A DNA stretch of 64,000 nt, taken from Bugula neritina (lineage: Eukaryota > Animalia > Bryozoa). How positions within the stretch are numbered: position 1 is the first letter of the stretch; the number at the start of each line of letters is the position of its first letter. Position numbers and translations under genes: made by a program. Under the pieces are notes generated by a model. The model was not told where the DNA came from. It saw only the letters and a list, made by a program, of their open reading frames with translations, and made no database searches. Below are positions 1 through 25,449 of the stretch, piece by piece. The stretch spans positions 5,998,889 through 6,062,888 of the forward strand of contig OZ037772.1 in the NCBI GenBank assembly GCA_964035545.1, in the 5' to 3' direction.

Positions 1-273
1 GTAACTTATTTGTAGACATCAGAAGATGTACGAGTTCTCTTTCAGCAGCAGCTGATTAACAATCTAGAGTAGAGACTGGGGGGGAGGGGGGTCAAACAAG
101 CATCATTTTCAAAATAGGTTACCAGTAACTAAAAACCCAAATGTCCTTCATAACTATACATGTTTACTTCCAGCTAAGCTACTATTGGGTCTGTCACTAC
201 AAATGATTCATAAGTTTAATTCAAAATTAAAAAAAAACCGAATTATAGTAACTGAATATGTAACATAACATAC

Positions 274-3200
274 ACTAGGAGGAGCTACGACTGGAGAGAC
301 GGGGGTCTGGGGTGGAGAGGTAGGACTGGTAGGGGTTTTATTGACAGATCGCTTCTTCTTAGGGACTGGAGTGCGCGGCTGCAACAACGCTGCCATGAAT
401 CCATCGCTGTCTTGCACATGAGCAGCTAAAACAAAGAAGTCATATATCACAGATAAATACAGAGTGAATGGTAAAACAGATATCATGAGTAATTTGAGCT
501 CAAGCAGCATATGAACATACATTTTCATAACGCACAACAGTAGATATGCAATTACATCAAATCTAAATGCACAAGGAACTATTGTACAAAGTGAGAAAGA
601 TAATGATCATCAGCGAGTTTAACAATAATTGTATTACGTTTTGGAAGGGGAGCGATAAGCTTTGCTTTCCCAAAATCTTCCTCTTTATTTATATCTATTT
701 TAGGTTTCTTCAATTCTGCTCGGATATCAGAAATGCCAGCGAGTTCTATATTCGTTCTGCACATGTAAATTACAAAAAAACTCACATAAGTTTGTATACA
801 GTACAGTATTAGGTGACAGAAAGAGATAGGATGTGAATCACTTCCCAGAAGACATTGCAACATATGAACAGCCCTACTACATATTATTGTATTGCAGGCA
901 ATTAAAAAGGCTCAAGATGGAATACAATGAGGACACATTGCACTGTAAATTCAAATGGACTCATTATGCTCCATTTAATTTTATATATAATTCCATTATT
1001 GCCAAAGTTGCAATGATTTTCTAGAATTTCGATAGAATGTTTATTGCTGGGCTGTTCATTATCTTTGCATTTTATGTATTATGGCGAGCAGCATTGCTTT
1101 TGGCCATAAACTAGGCAATTGATAGACCTAGTGATTTGATTATATTTATTTGTTAATATAATATATTACATACATTCAATGAGCAAAGGCAGGAAACCAT
1201 AAATTATAAAAATATAAAAAAAATGTTGAGCACCAAAGTTCACCGGTACAATCTTATAAAGGTACATAAAATCCTTATAAAAAGGAAAAGCGTCTGCTAA
1301 TTTCATCAATAACTCCACATACCGACCCTTTATAACAGACAACATAACATGGGAGAGAGTAACATCGGTTATCAATGAAATAGCATAGCCTTAGGTTTGC
1401 ACCTGACTAGAAGATAAACTGGAAGGAGAGATTAAACCTCCACTCGATAATAGTGAACATTGTCTAAAAGTCTGACAAGTAACTAAATCATGTAAGGACA
1501 AGTTAGAGGTTTGATCCCTGCTTACAGTTCGTTATATATCGATACCCAATATGTGGGAAAAACCGACCAATAAGGTCGTGATTCATCAAGAAAAAAACTT
1601 GTAAAGCTGTAAAAGAGCTTCATGGACACACCAACTGCGTGTAACCGTGGCCAACCTTCGACCACACACCTTTTCTGAGACGCACTGGCAGCAGAAACCA
1701 GTGGTTTGGCAGCAGGGGTGGATTTAGCTGGTTTACTACCCCGGGGTTTGGGTTTAATAACCCCGGCCTCAACTCCTGCACTCCGCTCCTTTACGTTGTG
1801 CTGTTTAGCAGTGGTTCTCTCCGTTTCAGACTTAGACCCCTCCTTGAAGATGGTGGGAGGGGGCGGCGACGGAACGTCCGTGTTGAGATGCTCAGAGGAA
1901 TGAGGTGGAGATTTGATTTTCGGTTTGTGTTCAGATTTTTCACTCGACTTGTGTTTTTTCTTCTTTTTTTCTGCAATAATTTAACCAGCTACAAGCAATG
2001 CAGCTACAGGTAAACGTAGTAGGAAAGAGAAAAAGAAATGCCGGCAATAATCACCAGGAAATTATTCTGTATTTACGATAATAAAAAAGGAAATACCTGG
2101 CCTACAGCTATTTTCAGTGACCCAAACGAATGAATTAGTCTCAGTGATAAGATTTTTGGCAAAAAACTATTGGTTAGCAATGAATTCAAAGACCAAAAAC
2201 AGTTCCCAAACAAAACTTCTAAACACATAATCAATAGTGATTATGATTTGGCAAAAAGAGGCACTTATTCATTCAAGTTTCACTATTGAGTGCTGAAGTT
2301 ACATAAAACTAACTTGAGAAAATTGTCTGACCAGCCAATTTGTATTAGCAAATTTTATTCAATGGGTGGATGTCAGAAAATGTGACTATTTCAATAAAGA
2401 CAGATTCCATAATTATGTGTCAAAAGTACAACAGGTCCATGTATAACATAAACATAGCATAGCAACAATGGTTAGTCCCACTTCCATCTCCTATATGTTA
2501 TATTAGTTTAACAAATATTAATGAGTTAATGAGTACAATACTATAATATAACAAATATATAATAAGACAATGCAATAACATAACAAAAATATCTTAAAAC
2601 AAATAAAATATTATAAACCTTTATGTTCGCCATTTTTGGACGAGGAGTGAGGGTGAGCTGGAGAACTCCCTCCTGTTTTAGACTTGATAAGCTGCATCCA
2701 CTTGTCAACTGTTGCGGCTGATTTCTGCTTGATTTCTGCATTAACATTATACAAGGAGCGTATATATTAGGGCTGCACATAATTGCAGGGGTTTCAACAG
2801 TCCAACCCCCATTTTAATGGACAAACTCGCTAGTCTACTTTCAGATTAAAGTAGTGTTAACTCAATATTTTATTAAGGTAACAGGTTATACAATAACTGC
2901 ACAACTATGTCAACTCTATAACATTACGGAATATTCCAGAAAAACTAACCTTCGTCTGTATGTTTACTGAGGCCTTTGATAATCTTAGCCGTGGAGTTTG
3001 CCTTCAGCATGTCCATAGAGACGGGCAGGTTCTGAAACGTCTCCAACAACAGCACCAGGACGGGGGTCTCGTTGAGCTCCCTAAACTCTGACAGCCACTC
3101 GTGTAACGTAGCCCAGGCTCCCAGTGACAGCAGCCTGCGTATCAGACAGAGTGATGAGCAACAGTACAAAGATGAGGGAGGACAGCTTCTTAACTAATCA

Positions 3201-6200
3201 CACTTCTTTGTAGTAAATTTCTGTGTTATTACTTATTTTGGATTTTAAATGGGAGAAACCTTTCCTAATGGTAATTTCATGCATCCAAGGCTTAATTTTG
3301 TTTTTAAAAAACACTAGATAGAAAAATTTCAATTCTTATTAAAATAGAAATTGGCTTCAAAATGCAGTTAGTTCATGGAGTCAAAGAGCTTTGCATAATT
3401 TAAACATCAACTGAGCCTTCAACAATATCTTGCAAAATTGAGAAAATACACCCATTCAGTTATTACCAAGTCAATGAGACAGAATTATGAGTGAACAGTA
3501 AAAAAGAAAGACAACTCCATATCTACATAGATGGCCATCATCAGAGTTATACAAGGTGTATAATAATAAAGTGTGGATTTAATATTTACACAGTAATTCA
3601 ACTAACTGTACATATGAACATATTTTACATTTGTGAATCACCAGAAAAAGACAACAACTAACAACATTGTATTTCATCACAAAATTATTACTTCACAACA
3701 GCAAAATTTCTAATACAACTAACAAGATATGTACAAATATTCAAATGTCAAATTCAACTACAAATTTGAACACAGCACTGAAATAAATTTCCTACTTCTA
3801 AAGTAAAGACGAATAGCTATAAATTCCAATGTAACGTAATGTGTATACAATTTAGAAGTCAGGTGACTGAGTCAATAGCTTTAAAACCCTAAACATTACT
3901 GTCAACAATACATATTGAAGTTACCCCCCCCCTCCTCCTAGTGGCGTTGGACACAGCACTTACAGGTGAAATGATGACTTCTAGGGTAGAGCAAGGCTAA
4001 GTTGAAAATTGTGCTACGTTTTCTTGAACCTGTGCTTATCATTACTGTGTTAGAAGTTAGTTAGGGTGAGGTGGAGTGAAAATTAGTTTATTTAGTGGGC
4101 AGACAATAACTTTTTGGAGAAGTAAACAGGAGTTATATAGATATAAGGAGCGATTACACTTGAAAGGAACGGTTTTTGAGTTGCTCATCAAGTTGAACTG
4201 GACTTGTAGACTTAACTATTCCCAAACCTAAACATGCTGGTACTGAGCTAGTAGGGAACAGTGAGTGACCTTTTCCTTAGCTTTACTAAAGCGTTGATTT
4301 CAACTTTCCATGTCAAAATACATACAAGACCAGACTATAACTAGTTGTTGGTTTGGGATGCCAGTGTGGTTGTTGTGATGGCTTTATAATTGGCATATTA
4401 CAAGTTACGTAATGATAAACAAAGTACCACCTTGAAACACTTCACACATAACCTGTATGTTATTGTTATGTTATTGCTTGTCAGATGGTATAATAAGAGA
4501 ATCAATAAGTTACACTCAAATAATAATGGCCTTCATTCAGAATGAAGGACTTATTATCTATTATTCTATTTCATGCACTCAAATAGCTGTCAGTATTTAC
4601 CAACCAACACATGGCACCACTCAGCAGTAGCCAGCAACTGTGTCTGTACTAGGAAATGGTTACAATGAACATTTATGTTCAATTTAATTTCATTCAATTT
4701 TTCAAATGTTTTAATTCAACAAAGCCTGAATTTATCAATTGATTACTGCTATTCATGCTTTGTTTAATTAAAAAACAACCACATACATGAAGATATACAT
4801 GGAAGACATTCTTCTCCAAAGAACAAATTTACTGATGGTAGTCTTTATGGTTAAAATATGACAATCTATTTTTAGAAAACTAACTTAGCTGCCTAATGGA
4901 GGCAGACAAGATGTACTTTCCTACTGACCAACTACAGTTGCTCTCTCCTAACTTCTTTCAGTCTACTTACATATAGCAGCTGAGAGACTGAAAGCTAAGT
5001 CCATGAGTTGTTTATGACAATATAAGCACAAGTTCCAGAATGAAAAGAATAGGGGGGGGGCTAAATACTACTGAGGGGGGGTGTCACATAGGCTTTGCAA
5101 TTCAGCTAATATTTCAGTTGCCGAATTTCCCAAAGTGACTTTACTACAAGACTGGCAGTATTTTAGGAGAAAGTTTCACACAAAATAAATAACAAATAAA
5201 TGACTAACCAATTGATAAATTTACAATTTAGAAATCTAGTAAGGCATGATACACTAGGGAAATGAACTAATAATAAAGCCAACTAGTAAATAAGAAATAA
5301 ATGAAAAGTACAAAAACTTATGTCAATGCTTCATACTTGCTAAGCACTGCTTCATCGTGTGTGGAGTTGATAACATTGAGAAAGAGGCAGATGTGTTCAA
5401 CTGTAACTCCCAGCTGCTTCATGCAACTACAACATCAAGTTTCAACGGTAAAATGGTGATGAGAAAACACATAATGTCTATATTCAACACTAGTTATGCC
5501 ATCAATAGATTTACTAGAACCTGCACCAACCTATCTAACATCATAGAGCTACTAAAACTATTGCATTCATTGCAAGTTTGTTTACACTCGCAGAAAGAAT
5601 AAATATAACCCCAGCCAACAATTAGCACAGACAAAGAGACTCACAAATAACACAAATCATTATAACATCAACATATTAATTTAATTTATTGAATATTATT
5701 TTCATTAGTAAAATATAATAGCTATTGGGACAACTCCCATGCTGTCCATCCTAGTGGATCATCTAGCATTCAATAGCCATGATGTAACTTACTTATTAAA
5801 TTTAACACAATCCTCAACACTCTTCAGCCCACCATCACCATCGAGAAACTGGGAAATGGCATTGAGCAGCTGCTCACCAGTTAAACTAATTATTGGTCCC
5901 TGGAAAAACAATACCAAATAATAATATAAATATGGTCAAGATTGAAATTCAAAAGGCCATCATCAGGCTTGAACTTGGCTACATTACAAGTGACAGAGGA
6001 TAAAATATGCAAAACAAAGGACTGAAAGAGTACGCATTTCCCAAATTAGTTGACTAGTCTAGTAAAATGATCATTAACAGTAAGTTGGAACAAGCCTCAA
6101 TTACTATTGGCTATAAAACTAAGACCGGTTTAAACAGGAATGCAATACAACTAGTGACGATTAGTCTGCATATGCGCCACAACCTAAAGCGTATGAAGTT

Positions 6201-6673
6201 ACACTCAACAATGGCGGTTTCTAAGGAGTAGTGGCTAAAGCCAAAGGGGACGCCACACATCAAGCAAGATTATTGAATGCTATACGATTGTTTCAAGTGG
6301 CGTTGCGTGCCCTACTTCCATGAGCACATTGTTAGTAATATTGTTCCAACATACAAGGCAGACTAGAGAGCAACGCTTGCCTGCCACCATACTCAATAAC
6401 CATCGGCAAATTACCAAACATATCGACAATAACAGGGTGGTATCTCAGCCTAATTAGGCGGCCTTATGATTACGGGTTGCAACATCAACTAAATTCTACA
6501 TAGCCTACAATTACCCATGCAATTTCATAATACTTTGGGATCACTTTGATGACACTAGTTGCTATAATATTCCCAGAATTGAGTCAAGTCCTAAGCCACT
6601 AAACTGATTTCGTAAAAATATATATATTTCATTTTTATATTATTTTAGTCATTATTACCTTTGATTTAACCAT
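274..6673 (-). CDS. PPP1R10: PP1 nuclear targeting subunit PNUTS, 5' part; gene continues beyond position 1. Coding exons: 6659-6673, 5793-5899, 5337-5426, 2950-3134, 2619-2735, 1670-1970, 638-756, 274-425
   Basis: Phase-compatible GT-AG exons give MVKSKGPIISLTGEQLLNAISQFLDGDGGLKSVEDCVKFNNCMKQLG...CLFLNVINSTHDEAVLSKLLSLGAWATLHEWLSEF...LQNLPVSMDMLKANSTAKIIKGLSK...VDKWMQLIKS. This matches the TFIIS-N-like domain of PNUTS. Later come RTTAKQHNVKERSAGVE (cf. PNUTS RTTAPSHAKFRSTGLE) and GFMAAL..P..KKK. Confidence 0.88.
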
Positions 6674-7912
6674 GCTTCTATTATAGAGCAATACTTTTCA
6701 TCACTGACTGGTCCAAAGATAAAATTTTCGTATTGAATGAATAAATATATACTTCTTGTAATCTGTATCAACTCTTGTTATGAAATCAAGTGTGAAATGT
6801 GCAACTCAACTTAGCGAATTAAATTCGTTTGCTTGTCTCACCAGCACGACTACTTTCAAGTATATAACAGATTGTTTCTGACGTTGTACTTGTTGCAATA
6901 GTTTTCGTCTTCTCAGCAACAGGAGTGAGTCTAGCCTGAAGCTTTATTTCTTGAAACACTTGGTTTGGATAAAACTAGATGGTGCACTCAATAAGCAAAC
7001 GGCTAGTGATAATGATTAACAAACTTAAATGGAGAGCTAATTCAAATCTGTAAACAGAGCTTAGAGCTAAAATCTAATATTATAGTTTTATAGATGAAAT
7101 TCTGCTAACTTTACTCACAATGACCACGGATCAACTACTAATTATTAACAAAAATGTTTAGCAAATAAAATAAGCGAGTTTGCCTAATAGAAAACACGCA
7201 GTTTCATTTCATCAAATGCTGTTATGAGTATTAGTATTTCCAAGAATTGCTTTCTCTTCGCACTACGTAGACAATCGTCAACGTCACAGTGCTTCGCTGG
7301 GGGTAGCAATGTTGAAAATTCTTTGGTCAAATTTCTTTTAGTGATTCTTTTGCCTGTAATACATATACTAACTATCAAAGATATTAAGGCTAACAAAAAG
7401 TATGTTTCGAACAACTAAACGTAGTATTTAGAATATGAAATGCAAAAACAAGCAAAATTTAAGAAATCCAAGAGCTGCGGGAATTCTAAGTACTAACACT
7501 TACCTCGCTTTTCTATGAATGACGTGAACGTATCACAGAGATAAAACTAGTATTTTTTTTATAAATACTTTTGTTAACTTATAATAAAAAGTATAATAAA
7601 ATAAAACATAAAGTTGAAAAATAATTTTCTGTTAAAAAAATCAAAATAATTATTATTTAAAGTTTTGTTTTTTGTTTGCCCAAACAAACCGTGATCGCTT
7701 CTCCTAAGATGGAAAAGACAACTCCAAAGATGGTTATAAGAATTGTTATCAAAGCATTTGACACAGTCGTGCTGCTATGTTTGCTGCATGCTAATGTTGA
7801 CAAAAACACAAACCATGATTCCAATTTTAATCCTCCTATGTTATACATAGAGACTGCAAAAAAATTCATATTACAATTAGTATTCAATTGGTATATATAC
7901 TTGGAATTTGCA

Positions 7913-8164
7913 AAAGGAGATTTGGACATATACGCAGAAGAGAGAAAGATGATGATACCAGAAGAGTGCATGAAATGAAAGTTTCAGGAAAGAGAAACCG
8001 GGACGCCCAAAGCATAAATAGCATGATACAATCAGAAAAGACCTCCAATCCTGTTCCCTTAACGAAGAAGACACTCAGGACAGGGCTAGGTGGAGAAGCC
8101 TAATCGAGCTAGGCCTCCGGCAGCCACACGCTACCCGAACAGGACCAAGCGGAGATAAGCGAGA
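7913..8164 (+). mobile_element. 5'-truncated RTE-clade LINE fragment (3' end of ORF) with 14-bp target site duplication
   Basis: Translates, with one frameshift and one stop, to RRFGHIRRREKDDDTRRVHEMKVSGKRN/GRPKHK*HDTIRKDLQSCSLNEEDTQDRARWRSLIEL, a typical RTE C-terminus. It is flanked by ACTTGGAATTTGCA at 7899-7912 and 8165-8178. Confidence 0.85.
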
Positions 8165-9067
8165 ACTTGGAATTTGCAGAATAACTTTGCAATGTAATCT
8201 TATGAACTATTCCATTGTACATGCATATTGTCATATTATAAAAATATAATTTATATATATGCAATATTTTATTATATTTATATATATTACATTATATAAT
8301 TTATTATATAAGTTATTGTAACATATTATGGTTTGCCATATAAAAAAACAGTATTGATAACTTCTGCACTTTTAGTTGCAGAAGTATAATAAATAACAGA
8401 ACTGTGAAATAATATTCCTACTGCAGTGACTTTCAACATTCAATTGTAATGAATGATATTATATTTTTCTAACTATATATATATTATATATTATTTGAAC
8501 TTGCATATAAGCTTTATATTGCCTTAATGAGTTTATGTAATTAGCAGTCCCATGTTATGATGCTTATGTGATTCACATGCATGTAATATAATATTATGTT
8601 TTGAGCTTATAGAAAAAAAATATATATTTAAGCGAGTACACAACTCCAATTTACACTCTGTGGACTCTTGTGTACTGCAAGGTACACCATATCAACTTTT
8701 TGGCTGTTTAGTTGCTTTTCTCAACCCAGACCAGCTGGTACCAGTTTATAAAACTTTTCCAATGCTTCTACCAAAGTGTGATATATGCATTGTTACACAT
8801 AATTTTGCATAAATAAGATGGTAGTTGAAAGATATTATGCACATATATTTAATGTTGTAATAGGCTATATAACTCACGTCAGTTATTCTGAATGTCATAT
8901 TGGTGTAATAAATGCAATTAGCATGAGCTGTAGGGTTCATCATTTATTTTTATCAGCAAAATAGCATTGCATCTATAATGTGTTTGGAAATATGGCTACA
9001 TTGTCTAAATTACCTATAATGTAAATACTAAGGATGATGGGATAATTTATTAGCATATTTACTCTTG

Positions 9068-9078
9068 CATATATATAC

Positions 9079-9162
<84 letters not shown>
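9068..9162. repeat. (TA)n microsatellite
   Basis: Direct reading. Confidence 0.95.
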
Positions 9163-9166
<4 letters not shown>

Positions 9167-9419
9167 TCAAGTTCTTGATACTATGATCGCTGCAAGATCA
9201 ATTTTTCTTTTATCATTTGCTTAGCGAAAATCTCTCATTAATTGCAAGAAAAGCAAAAAACTAAATTTTTTAACTTAGATTTTATAAGTATGAAATACAC
9301 ACTGAAACTTGTAATAAAGGTCAACTGATGTGGCAACGATTGGGTTATATTTTAGTAACTTCTGAATAACAATAATTCATAAACGTGATAACTTCAAGGA
9401 GTGAAAACAAGTATAGCAG

Positions 9420-9500
9420 TTAATACGATATGCATGGTAATACGATATGTTGATACGATATAATGGTAATATGATATGATAATACGATATGATAATAATA
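9420..9500. repeat. degenerate short tandem repeat (TAATACGATATG-like)
   Basis: About 6 imperfect copies. Confidence 0.7.
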
Positions 9501-9683
9501 TAAAGGTCTTTTGCCACTTAGAAGTTGTATACCGTAAGTCTATTTCATTTTTCGACTTGACTATAATTTTACGGAATTGACTATTTTGTAGAATGTTTAG
9601 CTATGTATTTCCTAAAACTAATTTAGCTTTCAAATGGTAACAAAATTGTTCATGGTGGCGAAAGGAAGCTAGATCTCAGCAGC

Positions 9684-9900
9684 TAGTGTGTAGAGTGTAG
9701 TGTGTAGAGTGTAGTGTGTAGTGCGTAGAGTGTAGTGTGTAGAGTGTAGTGTGTAGAGTGTAGTGTGTAGAGTGTAGTGTGTAGTGTGTAGTGTAGTGTG
9801 TAGTGTGTAGAGTGTAGTGTGTAGTGTAGTGTGTAGAGTGTAGTGTGTAGGGTGTAGAGTGTAGTGTGTAGTGTGTAGAGTGTAGTGTGTAGTGTGTAGT
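9684..9900. repeat. compound GTGTA/GAGTGTA/GTGTGTA tandem repeat
   Basis: Direct reading; it produces the spurious HYTLH-repeat ORFs. Confidence 0.95.
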
Positions 9901-10426
9901 AAACCTAACACAAATACATATAAAAAAAAGCATTTAAAAAATGTTTATCAGATCTAAATTCTATGTAAAACTATAATAATTAGGAAAATGCCCTTTAACC
10001 TTTGAATTTTCACCGTTAGAAAAACATGGGTGTGTAATGACAAAATATGCAAATTATAATTTGGAAAACTTGTTAGAATTTATAGTAAAACAAACTGTCT
10101 GAGTAGATAGGTGATTATGGAGAAAAGGCTCCTATATCCACAAATAGAACTGTTATATAAGTTAACCAGCATGAATTGATTTTCAATCAAATTTAAAAAA
10201 AGTTATTCAATTTATAACATTTTTGTAAAATGAGCGAGAAATAGAAAAATTGTAGAAAGTAGTCCCAAAAGTTTAGCACCAAGATTATGCTTAAAATTGA
10301 AACACATAGTAAAATTAGTTGCAACACTCTAATTGGCCGAACTCCAGTAACGGATGCAACGATTGGTTGCAAAAAGGTAGTGGATGTAACAGAAAGGTTG
10401 AGAATGTAAGAGACGCTATAATTGGT

Positions 10427-21598
<11,172 letters not shown>

Positions 21599-22037
21599 TC
21601 TCCTTTAAAAACTGATACCAGTCATTCAAGAACCAAATATACTAGTCGTCTAGCATTTATAAAAAGCTGTACAGATACTATAAGAATGAATGAAGATCTT
21701 TCTATGCCAGCTCAAAGACAACCTTGGCCTTTGCTTAGTTTCATAGAATCAGGTTGTCGCTTCGACGGAAAGGTTTGCATGTGAATCTTATTGGAGTATG
21801 TGAATTACACCAGCTTATGAACATTTATTGCGTTTATCATTACTAGGCTATAATAAATAAGTGATATATTCAGTGTGATTGGCTGTAACTCCTTCCACAG
21901 GCGAATTGATTAGTCCCAATCATTTTCATTGTAATAGTTTCATGTTGCTTCACGTGTGATACATAAAATAGTTAAAGTTTCTTGAACTCATCCTTTTATT
22001 TATATTATAATTATTTATCAAATCAACAATATTCATA
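21599..22037. promoter_or_regulatory. putative bidirectional promoter shared by COLGALT and ABCF1
   Basis: The start codons are divergent, with only 439 bp between them. ATTGG/CCAAT occurs at about 21790, 21878 and 21916, and an E-box CACGTG at 21951. Confidence 0.65.
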
Positions 22038-25000
22038 ATGCCAAAAAAATCAAAAAAGTCGGCAGAAAATGGGGATGGGAAATCAACCCCAGGGTCTGGT
22101 AAAACAGAAAAGAAAGTTTCCAAGAAAATGGCAAAACTAGCTTTGTTGGCAGGCAGTGACCCAGAATCTGAAGGAGAGGCAGACTTTGTAGAAAAAAGTA
22201 AAAATGGTTAGTGACATTCCTTTGACATCTTTTTTAGCAAACAAATAATTACAGTTTATTGCCAAAAATTAGCACTAAATTTTGCTTAAATTTAGTTGTA
22301 GTAGTCTGTAGGACTAGGAGTAGGAGGGCTAAAAAATAAAAATTAACACTAACAATTACATTTTTACAATAACTTGATGTTTAGCTCTAAATCCTTTTGA
22401 TTTTGATTCTACATTTTTTGTTTTTGATTTATTTGGGTTTATTTTTTGTTGATTTAATTGGAAATTTTTTTAATCAGATTCACAGTTGATGTTAGTTGGT
22501 GACTTAATCACTCTGACTGAAGAAATGAATACTGAATAGCAATGGTACTGATAGTGATACTGATAGCAATTTAGTCAGTAATGATTATCATTATGATTTT
22601 AACTACTTTAAGTCTGTAATTAGTAATCACTATTCAAATAAGCATCACCTACTCAAGGAGGTAGCATAGCAGACTATTGGCTAATAACTATAAGTTATTA
22701 GGTATAAATAATCGTATAACTACATGGCTATATCCTAATATTTTTGACTTAGTTCATTATTATCTGTATAACTGTTAGCCTGTTACTGTTTCCATAGGTA
22801 GTAGCTTAATGAGGATGTAACTTAGGATATGTTGAATAGTCATCTTGATCATTTTGAATTATTTTAGCTAGTAGTAGTAGAACTAATAATTATTGGTTTG
22901 CTTTGAATGAATTATGATAATCATTATGGGTTTTCGACTTGTAGTTATACTTATAGTAATATTGATTGCTGCTTAACCTTTTAGTTCAATGGTTTTCGCA
23001 CACTATATGATAGGCTTTAATTGTTATAACATTTTAACCTGATACGACTTCCTCTTGTGCTCTCTCTCTCTTGTAATCTTGAGTATGTAAATATAGTAGT
23101 CGTGAATTTGAGTATAAATGGTACAAGCAGAATAGGACTAATCTAATGTTGTGGCAAGCAGAATTTTATCTCGTCTATTTATCAAAAGAAACAAAATGAA
23201 TAAAAGCCTCGAATAATATAATTTTAAGTATGAATAAGGAGCAGTTGTGTAGCAAAACAATAGATACATAATAATAGTAATGCAGTTATTTAGTATTGCA
23301 ATATATTCTAAAAATTATCTAGTCTAAGTTTCAGGTATACTTCTAAATTTCATGTCATGTTTGACTTATGACAGAAAGTTATTGTAGTAGGAAGTAGTGC
23401 ACATTGAGGCTGGTTTTCTTCTGAGTCAGCCAAATTGTCAAATATGTATGATTTGTACGTTTCATAATTTTATTTTATGCTTAAGAGACAGTGCTTTTTG
23501 AGCTCAATCAAGTCTAATGGTACAATGCCTTCAGGGTCACCACACTTTAATATTCTCACAAATAATACTCAAACTGATTATAATTAATAGAGATTCCATT
23601 AGTTTGTATTCCGCATTTTAGTTTTAAAGTTATTGTCATGATGATATCAGATATAGCTGGCTGCATCTACATTCACTTGTAGCAATAAACTGCCTAGTAA
23701 AATGTCTGGCGAAGTTTGACTAAAAGTTTACTCAGTTATGCTGGGTATGATTTAGTTTGAATAGCAATCAATCTCGTTCAAACTCCAACTGTGGTGATAA
23801 TTTACTTTGAATCTGTTTCACACCGTCGTTGTAAGCCTCACTGTGAATTATTATCAAGCTGATCGCCTTCCCTACTGACTGATATTCAATGTGATTTATA
23901 TTTAAAGTGACTCATATTCGATTTGATTCGGAGTCAGTGTGAGTAATCATTATGGCTCATAGTCTTGATCTTGGGCAATGTTAATCACATGCAGTATTTT
24001 GGTCACCATTTGCCACTCTAACTTTGCAGTCCTCGACAAAACCTGCTTCTTTTTAGTCTGGCTATAGGCGAGAATATTCGATTTTTCTGTTGATCTGTCT
24101 CTTCAAATTTCAACACTTTTATCCTATTGGTTACTATTATTACTTGATGGTTCTACATAACTATATCTTTGGATGAATTTTTTACTATATTTTCTATTGT
24201 AATATATTCAGTGTATATTAGTTTCATAAGCAACTTTGTACTATTTACTTTATACTAATGTTTAACTCTGAACTTGTTCTGTCAACTCCCTGTTGATTGG
24301 TCAAATGATGCAGAGATATACTAATGCTCTTCCGGTGTAATATTTCAGATCTGAGTAAGTTGAAGAAACAGTCCAAGAAACAAGAGTCTGATGACGAGGA
24401 GGTGGACGAGGATTATAACCCTTATCTGGATCCTGAGGATAGGGAAAACGGTGTGGAGGGTGGTGACGCGCCCCCTACCGATGATACAGTGAGTTTTGTT
24501 TTAGATCTTTTTGCACCCAGCATATTGAAAGATCTGCTCAGTCTTACTGGAAGTAGACTACGATCCAAGAAGTCATTTGGAAGACACTCTCATCAAATGG
24601 TGGTATTAGTCGTAGAGAGCAAATCTTCTGTGACTTTTCAAAGATTTTTGATGAATATTATTTATCTTTTTTTATAAATGCAACCTGGAAGGTAAGAGAT
24701 GCTGAAAATAGATGAAAACTGTGACTAACTGTCAATTAGCTTTAGGGTTCATAGCGAAAATAAAAATTATTTTAATCATGAAAATCAGACAAGCAACAGT
24801 TGAAAAATTTCGCCCTTAAATTTAATTTTAGAGTATATGAATGGATTGTTTTCATTGGCTCGTATGTGTGCAAATTTTTAACACCTTTCTCTCCACCACT
24901 TACCATACTGATGAGTTGAGTGATACCAGAAAAAGCTGCCTTTCAATGTTGGAAATAGTTTGCAGTAAACTTTTGACTTTCTAGCTGCCACCAGTGCCAC

Positions 25001-25356
25001 TGTTTTCAATGCTCTAATCCTTTCAAAGTTATAAGTTTGGCTTATCAACTCATTGTCACCAATTAAAGGCAAAGTGTAACTTCTGCTAGTAAAGATAGGA
25101 CAGTTGTGAGACTGTGCTCCTGGTATGACTGACCCCTTGCTGTGTCTGTTGTGTGTCAGGCAGATGGTGCTGAGGCTAAACTCTCGAGAAAGGAGAAGAA
25201 GAAGCTGGCTAAGCAGAAGCAGTACAGCGACCAGTTGGAGGCTCTAAAGGCAGAAGATCAGTTTACTCTGTCTCAGGCGGAGAAGTCCGCCAAGTCTAGT
25301 AACCTCGTTGACAACGCCTTAGACATCAAGGTGAGGTAGTACTCTTCAGGTAGATA

Positions 25357-25449
<93 letters not shown>

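Noticed and set aside
1-70. Possible next PPP1R10 exon at the window edge
   Set aside because: The phase-0 reading from the obvious AG hits a stop (IVNQLLLKENSYIF*), and alternative phases cannot be verified without downstream sequence.
6150-6480. GC-richer stretch in PPP1R10 intron 1, considered as a nested exon or LINE relic
   Set aside because: No sustained ORF, recognisable motif, TIR or TSD that I could support.
7184-7978. Overlapping 64-104-aa ORFs between PPP1R10 and COLGALT as a possible extra gene
   Set aside because: No recognisable domain and no convincing splice structure; the right part is an RTE insertion.
8973-9933. Low-complexity ORFs (YIYI, HYTLH; also 16142-16669 SLSL, 25346-25531, 43019-43207, 55058-55335)
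   Set aside because: They are translations of microsatellites. Only 16559-16638 and 16112-16218 in that area are real exons.
23600-24120. Possible decayed retroelement on the minus strand in ABCF1 intron 1 (CKVRVANG resembles a gypsy protease motif)
   Set aside because: One short motif among many stops, with no LTR or TSD seen; too weak without a database search.
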